A DNA stretch of 63,993 nt, counting the filler. It is 4 parts of 4 records of this genome, joined end to end, with 100 filler letters (N's around TTAATTAATTAA, not from the genome) between each part and the next. Parts side by side here need not be neighbours in the genome. Positions count along the whole stretch, not along the records: positions 1 to 20,197 come from DRR378314_274; 3 more parts are not named here. One strand, 5' to 3'. The position numbers and the translations under genes were made by a program. Of this stretch, positions 1 to 10,131 are shown piece by piece (the first letter of the stretch is position 1; each line of letters starts with the position of its first letter). The notes beneath the pieces are model-generated. The model was not told where the DNA came from. It worked only from the letters and a program-made list of their open reading frames with translations, and ran no database searches.

Positions 1-31
1 TCGCGGGCTGGGCCCGCTCGCACAAGGTGGG

Positions 32-934
32 TTAGTGGGAGGAGCGTTCGCGGCGGTAGTGGCGCGGGGCCACGCCCATTACTTTTTTGAACAGGCGCGA
101 GAAATAGTAGGGGTCGTCGTGGCCCAGGTGGCGGGCGATGTCGCTGACGCCCAGGTCGCTGACGTCCAGCAGGTAGCAGGCACGGCTGATCTTGAGGTGC
201 TGAAACGCCTGCATCGGCGTCTGCCCGGTGAGGCGTTTGTACTCGCGAATAAAGTGATAGCGCGACAGGGTGCTGGTGGCGGCGACCAGGTCGTCCAGGG
301 CCAGCCGTTCGTGCAGGCGGCTTTGCAGGTAGCTCTGCACCCGGTCCACGTCCAGCGCCGCCTGCCGCGCCTGCTGGCGGCGGCGTACCAGCGCCAGGAA
401 GGTGAGCAGGCCGCGCAGCACATTGGCGGCGTGCACCTGATGGTGAATCTGGAAGCTCTCCGCGGTGGCCAGCAGCACTTCGAACTCTTCGCTGAGCCGC
501 GAGTGCAGACCCACCGGCACCAGCCCGACGCGCGGATCCGGCTCGATGGCGTCGAAAAACGCATCCACGGCGGCGCCGCCCAGGTGCACCCAGTAGATGG
601 TCCAGGGGTCGTCCGGGCGGGCCCGGTAGCGGTGCGGCTGCCCTTCCCGGAACAGCAGCACGTCGCCGGGCCCCACCGGGTGGGCGTCGCCGTCCAGATC
701 CACTTCACCGCGTCCGGCCACGCAATAGATCAGCAGATGATCGCGGGGCGAGGCGCGCCCCATCTGATGGCCGGCGGCGCGCGGGTAGTAGCCCACGCCG
801 TGGGGCAGGCAGTCGCCGCACAGCGGGTGCGCGCCCAGCGTCTGGATCAGCGCCTGGGGCACCACAATGCGGCGGCCGTCCCGGGGCAGTGGCCACTGGG
901 AGGTCTCGATAACCGGGACGTCACTGGAATCCAT
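32..934 (-). CDS. mmsR: AraC-family transcriptional regulator (MmsR-like)
   Basis: N-terminal cupin-like ligand domain (HRYRA..DDPWTIYWVH) and C-terminal double HTH (LGHDDPYYFSRLFKKVMG); divergent from mmsA; ATG at 934 preferred to the ORF-track start at 961. Confidence 0.88.
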   Translation of the reverse strand: MDSSDVPVIETSQWPLPRDGRRIVVPQALIQTLGAHPLCGDCLPHGVGYYPRAAGHQMGRASPRDHLLIYCVAGRGEVDLDGDAHPVGPGDVLLFREGQPHRYRARPDDPWTIYWVHLGGAAVDAFFDAIEPDPRVGLVPVGLHSRLSEEFEVLLATAESFQIHHQVHAANVLRGLLTFLALVRRRQQARQAALDVDRVQSYLQSRLHERLALDDLVAATSTLSRYHFIREYKRLTGQTPMQAFQHLKISRACYLLDVSDLGVSDIARHLGHDDPYYFSRLFKKVMGVAPRHYRRERSSH

Positions 935-1039
935 ACCGCAATATAGTCCATTACTGGTCAATAGAAACCATCCGCATGGGGACGATACTGTGGTAAATCA
1001 TAGCAATAATAGAACAACACCCCCACTTTCGGAGGCTCC
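935..1039. promoter_or_regulatory. Divergent mmsR/mmsA promoter region
   Basis: AT-rich intergenic tract between divergent genes in otherwise high-GC DNA; GGAGG RBS just before the mmsA ATG. Confidence 0.6.
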
Positions 1040-2545
1040 ATGAGCACGCGACTGCCGCAACTGATCAACGGCGAATTCCAGCAAAGCCGGACCGACACCT
1101 GGATTCCAGTCACCAACCCGGCCACCCAGGAGGTGCTCTGCGAAGTGCCGGCGGCCACCGCCGAGGAAATGGAGAGCGCCATCCAGTCCGCCCGCGAGGC
1201 GTTCCTGGAATGGCGGGAAACCCCGGTGTCCGAGCGCGCCCGGGTGATGCTGCGCTACCAGCACCTGCTCAAGGAGCACCACGATGAAATCGCCGAGGTG
1301 CTGGCCAAGGAAACCGGCAAGGTGTTCGCGGACGCCAAGGGCGATGTGTGGCGCGGCATCGAGGTGGTGGAGCACGCCGCCAACATCGGCTCGCTGATGA
1401 TGGGCGAGACGGTGGAAAACGTGGCGCGCGGTATCGACGGCCACGCCTGGACCCAGCCGCTGGGCGTGTGCGCGGGCATCACCCCGTTCAACTTCCCGGC
1501 GATGATTCCGCTGTGGATGTTCCCGATGGCCATCGCCTGCGGCAACAGCTTCGTGCTCAAGCCCTCCGAGCAGGACCCGATGACCCCCAATATTCTCGCC
1601 GAGCTGTTCCTGCGCGCCGGCGCGCCCAAGAACCTGCTGCAGGTGGTCCACGGCGGCAAGGAACAGGTGGACACCCTGCTCACCCACCCGGAGATCAAGG
1701 CGGTGTCCTTCGTCGGCTCGGTGCCGGTGGGCCAGCACGTCTACCGCACCGCCACCGACCACCTCAAACGCGCCCAGTGTTTCGCCGGCGCCAAGAACCA
1801 CATGGTGGTGATGCCGGACGCGCGCAAGGATCAGGTGATCAGCAACCTGGTGGGCGCTTCCTGCGGCGCCGCCGGCCAGCGCTGCATGGCGATCAGCGTG
1901 GCGGTGTTCGTGGGCGAGTCCAAACAGTGGATCGACGAACTCAAGGACGAGCTGGCGAAAATCCGCCCCGGCGCCTGGGACGACGAGAACGCCGCCTATG
2001 GCCCGCAGATCAGCCCCAAGGCCCGCGACCGGGTGCTGACGCTGATCAAGCAGGGCAAGGAGGAAGGCGCCAGCTGTTTGCTGGACGGTTCCGATTGCAC
2101 CGTGGACGGGCTGCCGGACGGCAACTGGGTGGGCCCCACCCTGTTCAGCGACGTGACCCCGGACATGGCGCTCTACAAAGAAGAGATCTTCGGCCCGGTG
2201 CTGTGCTGCATGACCGTGGATACCCTGGAAGAGGCCCTGGAGCTGGTGAACAACAGCCCCTACGGCAACGGCACCTCGATCTTCACAGCCAGTGGCGCCG
2301 CCGCGCGCAAGTATCAGCACGAGGTGGAAGTGGGCCAGGTGGGCATCAATGTGCCGATCCCGGTGCCGCTGCCGTTCTTCAGCTTCACCGGTTGGAAGGG
2401 ATCCTTCTACGGGGACCAGCACGCCTACGGCAAACAGGCGGTGCGCTTCTACACCGAGACCAAGACCGTCACCAGCCGCTGGTTCGACGACGACATCCCG
2501 GACGGCGCCCACGGCGGCCCCAACATGACCATCAACCTGAAATAG
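1040..2545 (+). CDS. mmsA: CoA-acylating methylmalonate-semialdehyde dehydrogenase
   Basis: [30 protein letters not shown] (catalytic Cys), [19 protein letters not shown]. Confidence 0.95.
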   Translation: MSTRLPQLINGEFQQSRTDTWIPVTNPATQEVLCEVPAATAEEMESAIQSAREAFLEWRETPVSERARVMLRYQHLLKEHHDEIAEVLAKETGKVFADAKGDVWRGIEVVEHAANIGSLMMGETVENVARGIDGHAWTQPLGVCAGITPFNFPAMIPLWMFPMAIACGNSFVLKPSEQDPMTPNILAELFLRAGAPKNLLQVVHGGKEQVDTLLTHPEIKAVSFVGSVPVGQHVYRTATDHLKRAQCFAGAKNHMVVMPDARKDQVISNLVGASCGAAGQRCMAISVAVFVGESKQWIDELKDELAKIRPGAWDDENAAYGPQISPKARDRVLTLIKQGKEEGASCLLDGSDCTVDGLPDGNWVGPTLFSDVTPDMALYKEEIFGPVLCCMTVDTLEEALELVNNSPYGNGTSIFTASGAAARKYQHEVEVGQVGINVPIPVPLPFFSFTGWKGSFYGDQHAYGKQAVRFYTETKTVTSRWFDDDIPDGAHGGPNMTINLK

Positions 2546-2547
2546 CC

Positions 2548-3699
2548 ATGGACTTCAACTTCACCGACGAGCAGCTGGCGTTCCGCGACACCGCGCGCCA
2601 GTTCGCCGATAAGGAGCTGGCGCCGTTCGCCGCCGAGTGGGACCAGCACGGCACCTTCCCCAAGGACACCATCCGCCGCGCCGGCGAGCTGGGCTTCTGC
2701 GCGCTGTACTGCGACGAGGACCAGGGCGGCATGGGCCTGAGCCGGCTCGACGCGGCGCTGATCTTCGAGCAGATGGCGGCGGGCTGCACCTCCACCACCG
2801 CCTTCATCACCATCCACAACATGGCCACCTGGATGCTGTCCCGGTTCGGCTCCGAGGCGGTGCGCCAGCGCTGGAACGGGCCGCTGATGAGCGGCGAGGC
2901 GCTGGCCTCCTATTGCCTCACCGAACCCGGCGCCGGCTCCGACGCGGCGTCGCTGAAGACCAGCGCCCGCCGCGACGGCGACGAGTATGTGCTGAACGGC
3001 GCCAAGGCGTTCATCTCCGGCGCCGGCGACACCGACCTGCTGGTGCTGATGGCGCGCACCGGCGGGCCCGGCGCCGGCGGCATTTCCTGCTTCGCGATCC
3101 CGTCGGACACGCCCGGCGTCAGCTACGGCCGCAACGAGGACAAGATGGGCTGGAAAAGCCAGCCCACCCGGGCGGTGATTCTCGAGGACGCGCGCGTCCC
3201 GGTGGAAAACCGCATCGGCGACGAGGGCCAGGGCTTCAAGATCGCCATGGCGGGCCTGGACGGCGGCCGTATCAATATCGCCAGCTGCTCGCTGGGCGCG
3301 GCCTCGGCGGCGCTGGCCCAGGCGCAGAGCTACGTGCAGGAGCGCCGCCAGTTCGATCAGCCGGTGAGCGAGTTCCAGAGCGTGCAGTTCACCCTGGCGG
3401 ACATGGCCACCCACCTGGTGGCGGCCCAGCAGATGGTGCGGCTGGCGGCCTGGAAGCTGGATAACGGCGACGCCGACAAAGGCACCTTCTGCGCCATGGC
3501 CAAGCGGCTCGCCACCGACCTGTGCTTCGACGTCTGCAACCAGGCCCTGCAGCTGCACGGCGGCTACGGCTACATCAAGGAGTACCCGCTGGAGCGCTAT
3601 GTGCGCGACAGCCGGGTGCATCAGATTCTGGAAGGCACCAACGAAATCATGCGGGTGATCATCGCCCGCCGGGTACTGAAAGACCTGAGCTTTTTATAA
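2548..3699 (+). CDS. Acyl-CoA dehydrogenase (isobutyryl-CoA dehydrogenase-like)
   Basis: Starts MDFNFTDEQ two nt after the mmsA stop; YCLTEPGAGSDAASL, ALQLHGGYGY, ILEGTNEIMR. Confidence 0.92.
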   Translation: MDFNFTDEQLAFRDTARQFADKELAPFAAEWDQHGTFPKDTIRRAGELGFCALYCDEDQGGMGLSRLDAALIFEQMAAGCTSTTAFITIHNMATWMLSRFGSEAVRQRWNGPLMSGEALASYCLTEPGAGSDAASLKTSARRDGDEYVLNGAKAFISGAGDTDLLVLMARTGGPGAGGISCFAIPSDTPGVSYGRNEDKMGWKSQPTRAVILEDARVPVENRIGDEGQGFKIAMAGLDGGRINIASCSLGAASAALAQAQSYVQERRQFDQPVSEFQSVQFTLADMATHLVAAQQMVRLAAWKLDNGDADKGTFCAMAKRLATDLCFDVCNQALQLHGGYGYIKEYPLERYVRDSRVHQILEGTNEIMRVIIARRVLKDLSFL

Positions 3700-3724
3700 G
3701 GCCCGATTCAAAAAGGAGAACAAT

Positions 3725-4615
3725 ATGAACATCGGATTCTTCGGCGTCGGCAACATGGGCGGGCCGATGGCCGCCAATCTGGTCAAGGCCGGCCATACGG
3801 TGACCGCCTTCGACCTGGTGCCCGAGCTGCTCAAGACCGTGGAAGCGGACGGCGTCGCCGTGGCCGCCGACCCGGCGGCGGCGGTGGCCGGCGCCGAGGT
3901 GGTGATCAGCATGCTGCCCTCCGCCGGCGCGGTCACCGGCCTGTATCTGGGTGACGACGGCGTGCTGGACGCCATCCACCCGGACACCCTGATCATCGAC
4001 TGCTCCACCATCGACGCCGACACCGCCCGCCGGGTGGCCAGCGCCGCCGCCGACAGCGGCCGCACCATGATCGACGCGCCGGTGTCCGGCGGTGTCGGCG
4101 GCGCCAAAGCGGGCACGCTGACGTTTATCTGCGGCGGCCCGGAAGCGGCGGTGGAACGCGCCCGCCCGGTGCTCGACTGCATGGGCAAGAACGTGTTCCG
4201 CGCCGGCGACAACGGCGCCGGCCAGGTGGCGAAAATCTGCAACAACATGCTGCTGGCCGTGCACATGATCGGCACCGCCGAAGCGCTGCAACTGGGCGCC
4301 GACCACGGCCTGGACCCGGCGGTGCTCTCCGACATCATGAAAGCCAGCTCCGGACGCAACTGGTCCCTGGAGGTGTACAACCCCTGGCCCGGCGTGATGG
4401 AGGGCGTGCCGTCCAGCAACGACTACAACGGCGGTTTCGCGGTGAAACTGATGAACAAGGATCTGGGCCTGGCGCTGGAAGCGGCGCTGGCCAGCCAGTC
4501 CAGCACGCCCATGGGCTCACTGGCGAAAAGCCTGTACGCCGCCCTCGGCAACCAGGGCCTGGGCGGCAAGGACTTTTCCAGCATCCAGACGTTCTTCAAA
4601 CACCGCGAACTCTGA
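3725..4615 (+). CDS. mmsB: 3-hydroxyisobutyrate dehydrogenase
   Basis: GVGNMGGPMA Rossmann motif, DAPVSGG, KICNNMLL, YNPWPGV; AGGAG RBS. Confidence 0.93.
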   Translation: MNIGFFGVGNMGGPMAANLVKAGHTVTAFDLVPELLKTVEADGVAVAADPAAAVAGAEVVISMLPSAGAVTGLYLGDDGVLDAIHPDTLIIDCSTIDADTARRVASAAADSGRTMIDAPVSGGVGGAKAGTLTFICGGPEAAVERARPVLDCMGKNVFRAGDNGAGQVAKICNNMLLAVHMIGTAEALQLGADHGLDPAVLSDIMKASSGRNWSLEVYNPWPGVMEGVPSSNDYNGGFAVKLMNKDLGLALEAALASQSSTPMGSLAKSLYAALGNQGLGGKDFSSIQTFFKHREL

Positions 4616-4627
4616 CACCGGACCGGG

Positions 4628-5563
4628 TTACGGCGTCCACGTCTCCCCGGGCCCGTGGGCCAGGAACGAGGGACGGCGCCGCCGGGCCGCGTAGGGCCGG
4701 TCGCAAACGTTGTCGCGGCGGTTGTAGACGAAGAACACATTGCTGCGCGGGTCCGGCGACATATTGGCGTTGGAGCCGTGCAGGGTGTTGCAGTCGAACA
4801 GAATCAGGCCGCCGGCCTTGCCGGTGGGCGCCTCGATACCGCCCCGCTCGATCAGCGCCTGCAGCACGTCGTTGCCGGGCACGCCGAATTCCTGGGTCTT
4901 CAGGGACTGCTTGTGGTGGTCGTCCGGGGTGGCGCCCAGGCACGGCACGAACACCTTGTGCGAGCCGGGAATCAGCATCAGGGGCCCGTTGAAGTGGTGG
5001 TTGTCGGTCAGCACGATGGAGGCGCTCACCGCGTGCATGGACGGCATGCCGTCCTCGGCGTGCCAGGTCTCGAAGTCCGAATGCCAGTTGAATCCCTTGC
5101 CGTGGAAGCCCGGCTTGTAGTTGATCCGTGACTGGTGCACATAGACATCGCCGCCCAGTATCTGCCGGGCGCGGCCGGTCAGGCGCGGGTCACGGGCCAG
5201 TTGGCGGAAACGTTCGGACAGAAAGTGCACCGCGAACAGGGAGCGGATTTCCTCACTGCCGGGCTCGGTGACACTGAAATCCCGGCCCCGGAATTCATCC
5301 CGGGCGAGCAGTTCGTGCAAATGGCCGGTGAGCTCCTGCACTTCCCGCTGATCCAGGAAGTCCGGCTCGAACAGAAAGCCGCGCTGCTCGAACTCGTCCA
5401 GTTGTTGCTGGGAAAGGGGGCCGTCGGCGGCCTGGCCCTTAACCACTTTTTCGCGGCGGTTCAGCCAGGGCATGTCCGGCTTTTTCGCCAGACGGGTGGG
5501 GTAAGGGTCCTGAATCGCCGGAGCCGGTCCGGTAATGGGTCGGGTGGGCGTCTGCACTGACAT
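4628..5563 (-). CDS. ectD: Ectoine hydroxylase
   Basis: EctD signature FNWHSDFETWHAEDGMP, FDCNTLHGS and PRSNVFFVYN; AGGAGG RBS upstream of the ATG at 5563. Confidence 0.93.
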   Translation of the reverse strand: MSVQTPTRPITGPAPAIQDPYPTRLAKKPDMPWLNRREKVVKGQAADGPLSQQQLDEFEQRGFLFEPDFLDQREVQELTGHLHELLARDEFRGRDFSVTEPGSEEIRSLFAVHFLSERFRQLARDPRLTGRARQILGGDVYVHQSRINYKPGFHGKGFNWHSDFETWHAEDGMPSMHAVSASIVLTDNHHFNGPLMLIPGSHKVFVPCLGATPDDHHKQSLKTQEFGVPGNDVLQALIERGGIEAPTGKAGGLILFDCNTLHGSNANMSPDPRSNVFFVYNRRDNVCDRPYAARRRRPSFLAHGPGETWTP

Positions 5564-5687
5564 CAAATCACCTCCTGAGATTTGGGATCAGGTCCAGATT
5601 GGCGTTATCAGGCCGGGCCGCCGCCAGGAGGGAGCCCGGCAGCGTGACTATAAGGTCTATAAATCCGGTTTCAAGGTGGCCGTCCCG

Positions 5688-7124
5688 TCAGTTCTGAATA
5701 CGTCGCCAGGGGCGCGCCTGCTCCAGCTCGAAGGCCAGCTCCAGCAGCGTTTTTTCGTCGCCCTGCAGCGCCGAGAACTGCACGCCGATGGGCAGGCCCT
5801 CGCGGCTTTCGCCCAGCGGCAACGACAGGGCCGGGCTGCCGGAAGCATTGTTGGCGGGGGTGAAGCTGACGTACTTGATCAGCCGGTCGATCAGCACCTC
5901 GAAGTCCACATTGGGGCTCAGGTAGCCGAGCGGCGGCGTGGTGTGGGCGAGCACCGGCGACAGCACCACGTCGTAATGCTGGAACGAGCGGGCGTAGGCC
6001 TGCCAGGTGCGCTTGAGCTGGTAGAGCACCGCCGGTGTCTTCCACAGCTTGCGCCGGTAATAGCGGCTCAGGCCCCGGGTCAGGCCGTCCAGCTGCCGGG
6101 GGTCGAAGCCGGGCCCGAACAGGGCGCGGCCGAAGGTGCTCACCATGAACGCCATAAAGCCGTAGTAGAGCACGAAGTCGTCGATAAAGCGGCGCTCCAG
6201 CGGCACCGGCGCCTCTTCCACCCGGTGGCCGAGCCCGGCCAGCAAATGGCCGGCGTCCTCCACCACGGCCCGGGTCTGCGGACAGGTGGGGCTGCCGGTG
6301 ATCGAGTCCACCACCAGGCCCACGCGCAGGCGCCGCCGGCCCGGCCCTTCCACCCGGCCGATCGGCGGCAGCTTGGGGTTGCGGTAATACTGCTCGGCGG
6401 CGGCGAAGAAATTGGCGGTGTCGCGCACGCTGCGGGTGAGCACGCCCTCGGCGATGATGTCGATCGGCAACGACCGGGACGCTTCCGATTTCACCAGCCG
6501 GCCGCGGGTGGGTTTAAGGCCCACCAGGCCGCAGCAGGCGGCGGGAATGCGGATCGAGCCGCCGCCGTCGTTGCCGTGGGCGATGGGCACCGCGCCGGCC
6601 GCCACCAGGGCGGCACTGCCGCCGGAGGAGGCGCCGCTGGAATAGCCCGGCGCCCAGGGGTTGCGGGTGGCCGGCGCGCCGGCGTACTCGGTGGTGGCGC
6701 TGAAGCCGAAATCCGGCAGCCGGGTTTTGCCCAGCAGCACGAAGCCCTGGTCCAGATACTGACGGGCGAAATGGCTGTCCTTGGCGGCGTTGCGCGGTCG
6801 CACGGCTCGGGCACCGTGGCCGGTGGGCAGGCCCGCCACGTCGATGTTGTCCTTGATCAGGCTGGGCACGCCGGCGAATTCCCCGCCGTCCCGCAGGCGC
6901 TGGTCCGCGCTTCGGCGGGCCGTTTCAAAGGTGTCCAGCGCCAGACCGTTGAGCGCCGGGTTCACCGCCTGGATGCGCTCGATGGCGGCGTCGGTGAGCT
7001 GCGCCGCACTGCGCTCGCCACGGCGCAACAGGTCGGCCAGGGCGGTGGCGTCGTGGTCACCGAGGGCGTCATCACGGAAGGCATGAAGGCGCGCTTCGGG
7101 GGCGGGTCCGGCGTATTGATTCAT
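5688..7124 (-). CDS. Amidase signature family protein
   Basis: IKDN (Lys), GASSGGSAALVAAG, NDGGGSIRIPAACCGLVGLKP (Ser-cisSer-Lys triad); start MNQYAG inferred. Confidence 0.9.
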   Translation of the reverse strand: MNQYAGPAPEARLHAFRDDALGDHDATALADLLRRGERSAAQLTDAAIERIQAVNPALNGLALDTFETARRSADQRLRDGGEFAGVPSLIKDNIDVAGLPTGHGARAVRPRNAAKDSHFARQYLDQGFVLLGKTRLPDFGFSATTEYAGAPATRNPWAPGYSSGASSGGSAALVAAGAVPIAHGNDGGGSIRIPAACCGLVGLKPTRGRLVKSEASRSLPIDIIAEGVLTRSVRDTANFFAAAEQYYRNPKLPPIGRVEGPGRRRLRVGLVVDSITGSPTCPQTRAVVEDAGHLLAGLGHRVEEAPVPLERRFIDDFVLYYGFMAFMVSTFGRALFGPGFDPRQLDGLTRGLSRYYRRKLWKTPAVLYQLKRTWQAYARSFQHYDVVLSPVLAHTTPPLGYLSPNVDFEVLIDRLIKYVSFTPANNASGSPALSLPLGESREGLPIGVQFSALQGDEKTLLELAFELEQARPWRRIQN

Positions 7125-7213
7125 CGGTGTGTCCTGCTGTGAAGGCGGTCGATGGCGAAAGATCGTACCATGGTGCCACATTCACAGCGGGCCAATCGCA
7201 AGACGATGAGAGC

Positions 7214-8044
7214 CTAGCCCCTGGCCCGGTCCACCCGCTTGCCCTGGGCGAGCATCACCCGCGCCAGGTGCACCAGGTCGGCGATGCTGGTGACCACCGC
7301 GTCCGGGCGGTGCGGGTGGCTGACGGTGTTGGGGAAAATCTTGTCCAGCCAGGAGTCCGGCCAGCCGGCGCCGTTATAGAAGATCGCGGTGATGCCGGCT
7401 TCCTTGGCGGCGATCACGTCGGTGGTGCTGTCGCCCACGTACCAGCAGTTCTCCGCCGGCGTCAGGCCGAGGTTGTCCAGCGCCTTGAGCAGCATGTCCG
7501 GCGCCGGTTTGCGGTGTTCCACGTCGTCGCCGCAGACAATGGTGTCGAACAGATCCTCCCAGCCGGTGCCGTCGACGATGCGCAGCTCGTGCTCGAGGAA
7601 CTCCCGCTTGCGGTTGGAGATCAACGCCACCGGCACTCCGGACTGGCGCAACCGCTCCAGTTGAACGCGGATGTCACTCTCCAGCGGGTGAACTTCGTCC
7701 ACGTATTTTTTATAGCAATCGTCGAAGGCCTGATGGATGCGGCGCTTGGCGTCGCCGTCGGCGCCGAACAGCACTTCGAAGATATCGGTGCGCGAGATTT
7801 TCCGCTGGGCGGTGATCTTGGGGTGCAGCTTGTTGTTCTCGCGCACGTACTTGACCAGCTTGGCGTCCTCGATGGTCTTCGATTCTTCCGGTTTGAGCAG
7901 CCGGTCCCAAAGACCCAGCTCCTTAAGCCTGGGCAAAACATCGTCGACCGCGTGGTACATGGCGTCGTGGGTGTCCACCAGGGTCGCGTGCCAGTCGATC
8001 AACACGGCCGCCGGCTTATCGTGGGGCAGCTGCAGAATACTCAT
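7214..8044 (-). CDS. HAD-superfamily hydrolase (phosphoglycolate phosphatase-like)
   Basis: Motif I LIDWHATLVDT, motif II ISN, KPAP, motif IV YVGDSTTD. Confidence 0.85.
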   Translation of the reverse strand: MSILQLPHDKPAAVLIDWHATLVDTHDAMYHAVDDVLPRLKELGLWDRLLKPEESKTIEDAKLVKYVRENNKLHPKITAQRKISRTDIFEVLFGADGDAKRRIHQAFDDCYKKYVDEVHPLESDIRVQLERLRQSGVPVALISNRKREFLEHELRIVDGTGWEDLFDTIVCGDDVEHRKPAPDMLLKALDNLGLTPAENCWYVGDSTTDVIAAKEAGITAIFYNGAGWPDSWLDKIFPNTVSHPHRPDAVVTSIADLVHLARVMLAQGKRVDRARG

Positions 8045-8171
8045 GCGGCAACTTTATCACAGCGCCTGTTACAGGCCGGGGACTTGAAGATTTTTTACGC
8101 TTGGCCGCTGATTTCGTCCGCGCCGGGGGGCTATGCTGGCGGACAGGCGAGCAACCAGCACGGAGACCGCC

Positions 8172-8771
8172 ATGAGCAAGGACCCGCTCAATGAGTACCG
8201 CCGCAAGCGCAACCTGGGCGCCAGCCGCGAGCCCGCCGGCGGCAACGGCGACGCGCCCCGGTTCGTGATCCAGAAGCACGACGCCAGCCGGCTGCATTAT
8301 GACTTCCGGCTGGCGTTCGACGGCGCTTTGAAGTCCTGGGCGGTGCCCAAGGGCCCGTCCACCGACCCGCGCGAAAAGCGGCTGGCGGTGCAGGTGGAAG
8401 ACCATCCGCTGGACTACGCCGATTTCGAAGGCGTGATTCCCGAAGGCCACTACGGCGCCGGCACCGTGATGGTCTGGGACCGGGGCGGCTACCGCAATCT
8501 GCTCGCCGACAAGGACCCGCCCAAGGACATGGCCAGCGCCTACCGCGACGGCCTGCTGGAAGTGTGGCTGGACGGCGACAAACTGAAAGGCGGCTACGCG
8601 CTGAAGCGTTTCCGCGACGGCGACAAACCCCAGTGGCTGCTGATCAAGATGGACGATGAGCACGCCGACGCGCGCCGCAACCCCACCTCCACGCAGAACC
8701 GTTCGGTGAAAAGCGGCCGCACCCTGGCGCGCATCGCCCGCGACGGCAAGGCGGAGCACGACCATGAGTGA
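8172..8771 (+). CDS. LigD 3'-phosphoesterase domain protein (stand-alone)
   Basis: EYRRKR, FVIQKHDASRLHYDFRL, SWAVPKGPS, EDHPLDYADFEGVIPEGHYGAGTVMVWDRG. Confidence 0.92.
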   Translation: MSKDPLNEYRRKRNLGASREPAGGNGDAPRFVIQKHDASRLHYDFRLAFDGALKSWAVPKGPSTDPREKRLAVQVEDHPLDYADFEGVIPEGHYGAGTVMVWDRGGYRNLLADKDPPKDMASAYRDGLLEVWLDGDKLKGGYALKRFRDGDKPQWLLIKMDDEHADARRNPTSTQNRSVKSGRTLARIARDGKAEHDHE

Positions 8772-9684
8772 CCGCACCCTGACCGTGGACGGCGAGACCA
8801 TCACCCTGTCCCATCCGGACAAGGTGCTGTTCCCGGAACACGGCCTGAGCAAATCGGATCTGGCGGACTACTACCAGCGGGTGGCGCCGATGATGCTGCC
8901 GCACCTGCGCGGCCGCCCGCTGACGCTGCACCGCTTTCCGGACGGCATCGGCGCGCACGGCTTCTATCAGCAGAACCGCAGCGATCATTTCCCGGACTGG
9001 CTGCCCGCCGCGTCCATCGATCACCCCGGCGGCACCGGCGCGGTGACGCATATTCTCTGCGAGCGCGCCGCCGATCTGGTCTATCTGGCCAGCCAGGCGA
9101 CGCTGACACTGCACGCCTGGCTCAGCCGGGTGGACCGGCCGCACCGGCCCGACCAACTGGTGTTCGACCTGGATCCGCCCGGCGATGATTTCGAGCCGGT
9201 GCGCCGGGCCGCCTGGCAGGTGGGCGACGCACTGCGCGACGCCGGCCTGACGCCGTTCGTGAAAACCACCGGCTCGCGCGGGCTGCACGTGGTGGCGCCG
9301 TTGAAACCGGGCGCCGACTTCGACCGGGTGCGGCGCGCCTGCCGGCGCCTGGCGGATCACCTGGTGGCCCGCCACCCGGACGCGCTCACCGCTGAGCAGC
9401 GCAAGAACAAACGCCACGGCCGGCTCTACCTGGACATCATGCGCAACGCCTTCGGCCAGACCGCGGTGGCGCCCTACGCGGTGCGCGCCAAACCGGGCGC
9501 GCCGGTGGCCACGCCGCTGGACTGGAACGAGGTGAACGACGCGGATATCGGGCCGCGCCGCTACCGCGTCGACAACCTGTTCCGGCGCCTCGGCCAGAAA
9601 GACGACCCCTGGGCGGACATGGCGCACCATGCGGCGGACATCGGCACGCTGGAAACGGCGCTGCGGGCCTGGGAGCGGGACTGA
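8764..9684 (+). CDS. LigD polymerase (AEP/primase-like) domain protein (stand-alone)
   Basis: LSHPDKVLFP, RFPDG, VFDLDP, KTTGSRGLHV, NAFGQTAVAPYAVRA, VATPLDW; start overlaps the upstream stop. Confidence 0.92.
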   Translation: MSDRTLTVDGETITLSHPDKVLFPEHGLSKSDLADYYQRVAPMMLPHLRGRPLTLHRFPDGIGAHGFYQQNRSDHFPDWLPAASIDHPGGTGAVTHILCERAADLVYLASQATLTLHAWLSRVDRPHRPDQLVFDLDPPGDDFEPVRRAAWQVGDALRDAGLTPFVKTTGSRGLHVVAPLKPGADFDRVRRACRRLADHLVARHPDALTAEQRKNKRHGRLYLDIMRNAFGQTAVAPYAVRAKPGAPVATPLDWNEVNDADIGPRRYRVDNLFRRLGQKDDPWADMAHHAADIGTLETALRAWERD

Positions 9685-9696
9685 GGCCCGGCCGGT

Positions 9697-10131
9697 TTAT
9701 TGAGCGGCGGCCATTTCGTCCCGGTAGGTGTCCGCCAGACGCGCCTTGGCGTCGTCGCTCAGGGCACGCCCGGCGAGCTGGAACACCTCCTGTTCTTCTT
9801 CGTCCAGGTGGTGGGTGACCAGATCGTGCAGCTTCCTGGCGGCGGCCAGCCAGCCCGGCGAACTGAAATCCGTATCTTCCAGTTCTTCCACCAGTTCATC
9901 GATCTCGTGATGCTCGGCGACACTGTGGCGGGCTTTTTCCTGGGTCATGTCCAATTCCATCATCGGAATGTAGAGCGCCCGTTCCTCGGCGGCGGCGTGG
10001 CTGGTCAGCGCCTTCTTCACTTTTTCGAACAATTCCTCGCGGCCGTCACTGTCGCCGTGGGTTTTGATCAAAAGGCCCAGCAGGGTCCGCTGGGTGTCAT
10101 GGTCTTCTCTGAGTGCTTCGAACAACGTCAT
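9697..10131 (-). CDS. Hemerythrin (HHE) domain protein
   Basis: DH, HAAAEE, EHHEID, HHLDEEE metal-ligand pattern. Confidence 0.85.
   Translation of the reverse strand: MTLFEALREDHDTQRTLLGLLIKTHGDSDGREELFEKVKKALTSHAAAEERALYIPMMELDMTQEKARHSVAEHHEIDELVEELEDTDFSSPGWLAAARKLHDLVTHHLDEEEQEVFQLAGRALSDDAKARLADTYRDEMAAAQ

Noticed and set aside
1348-3699. Apparent 783-aa acyl-CoA dehydrogenase fusion
   Set aside because: The N-terminal 400 aa is an off-frame read of mmsA; the real start is the ATG at 2548
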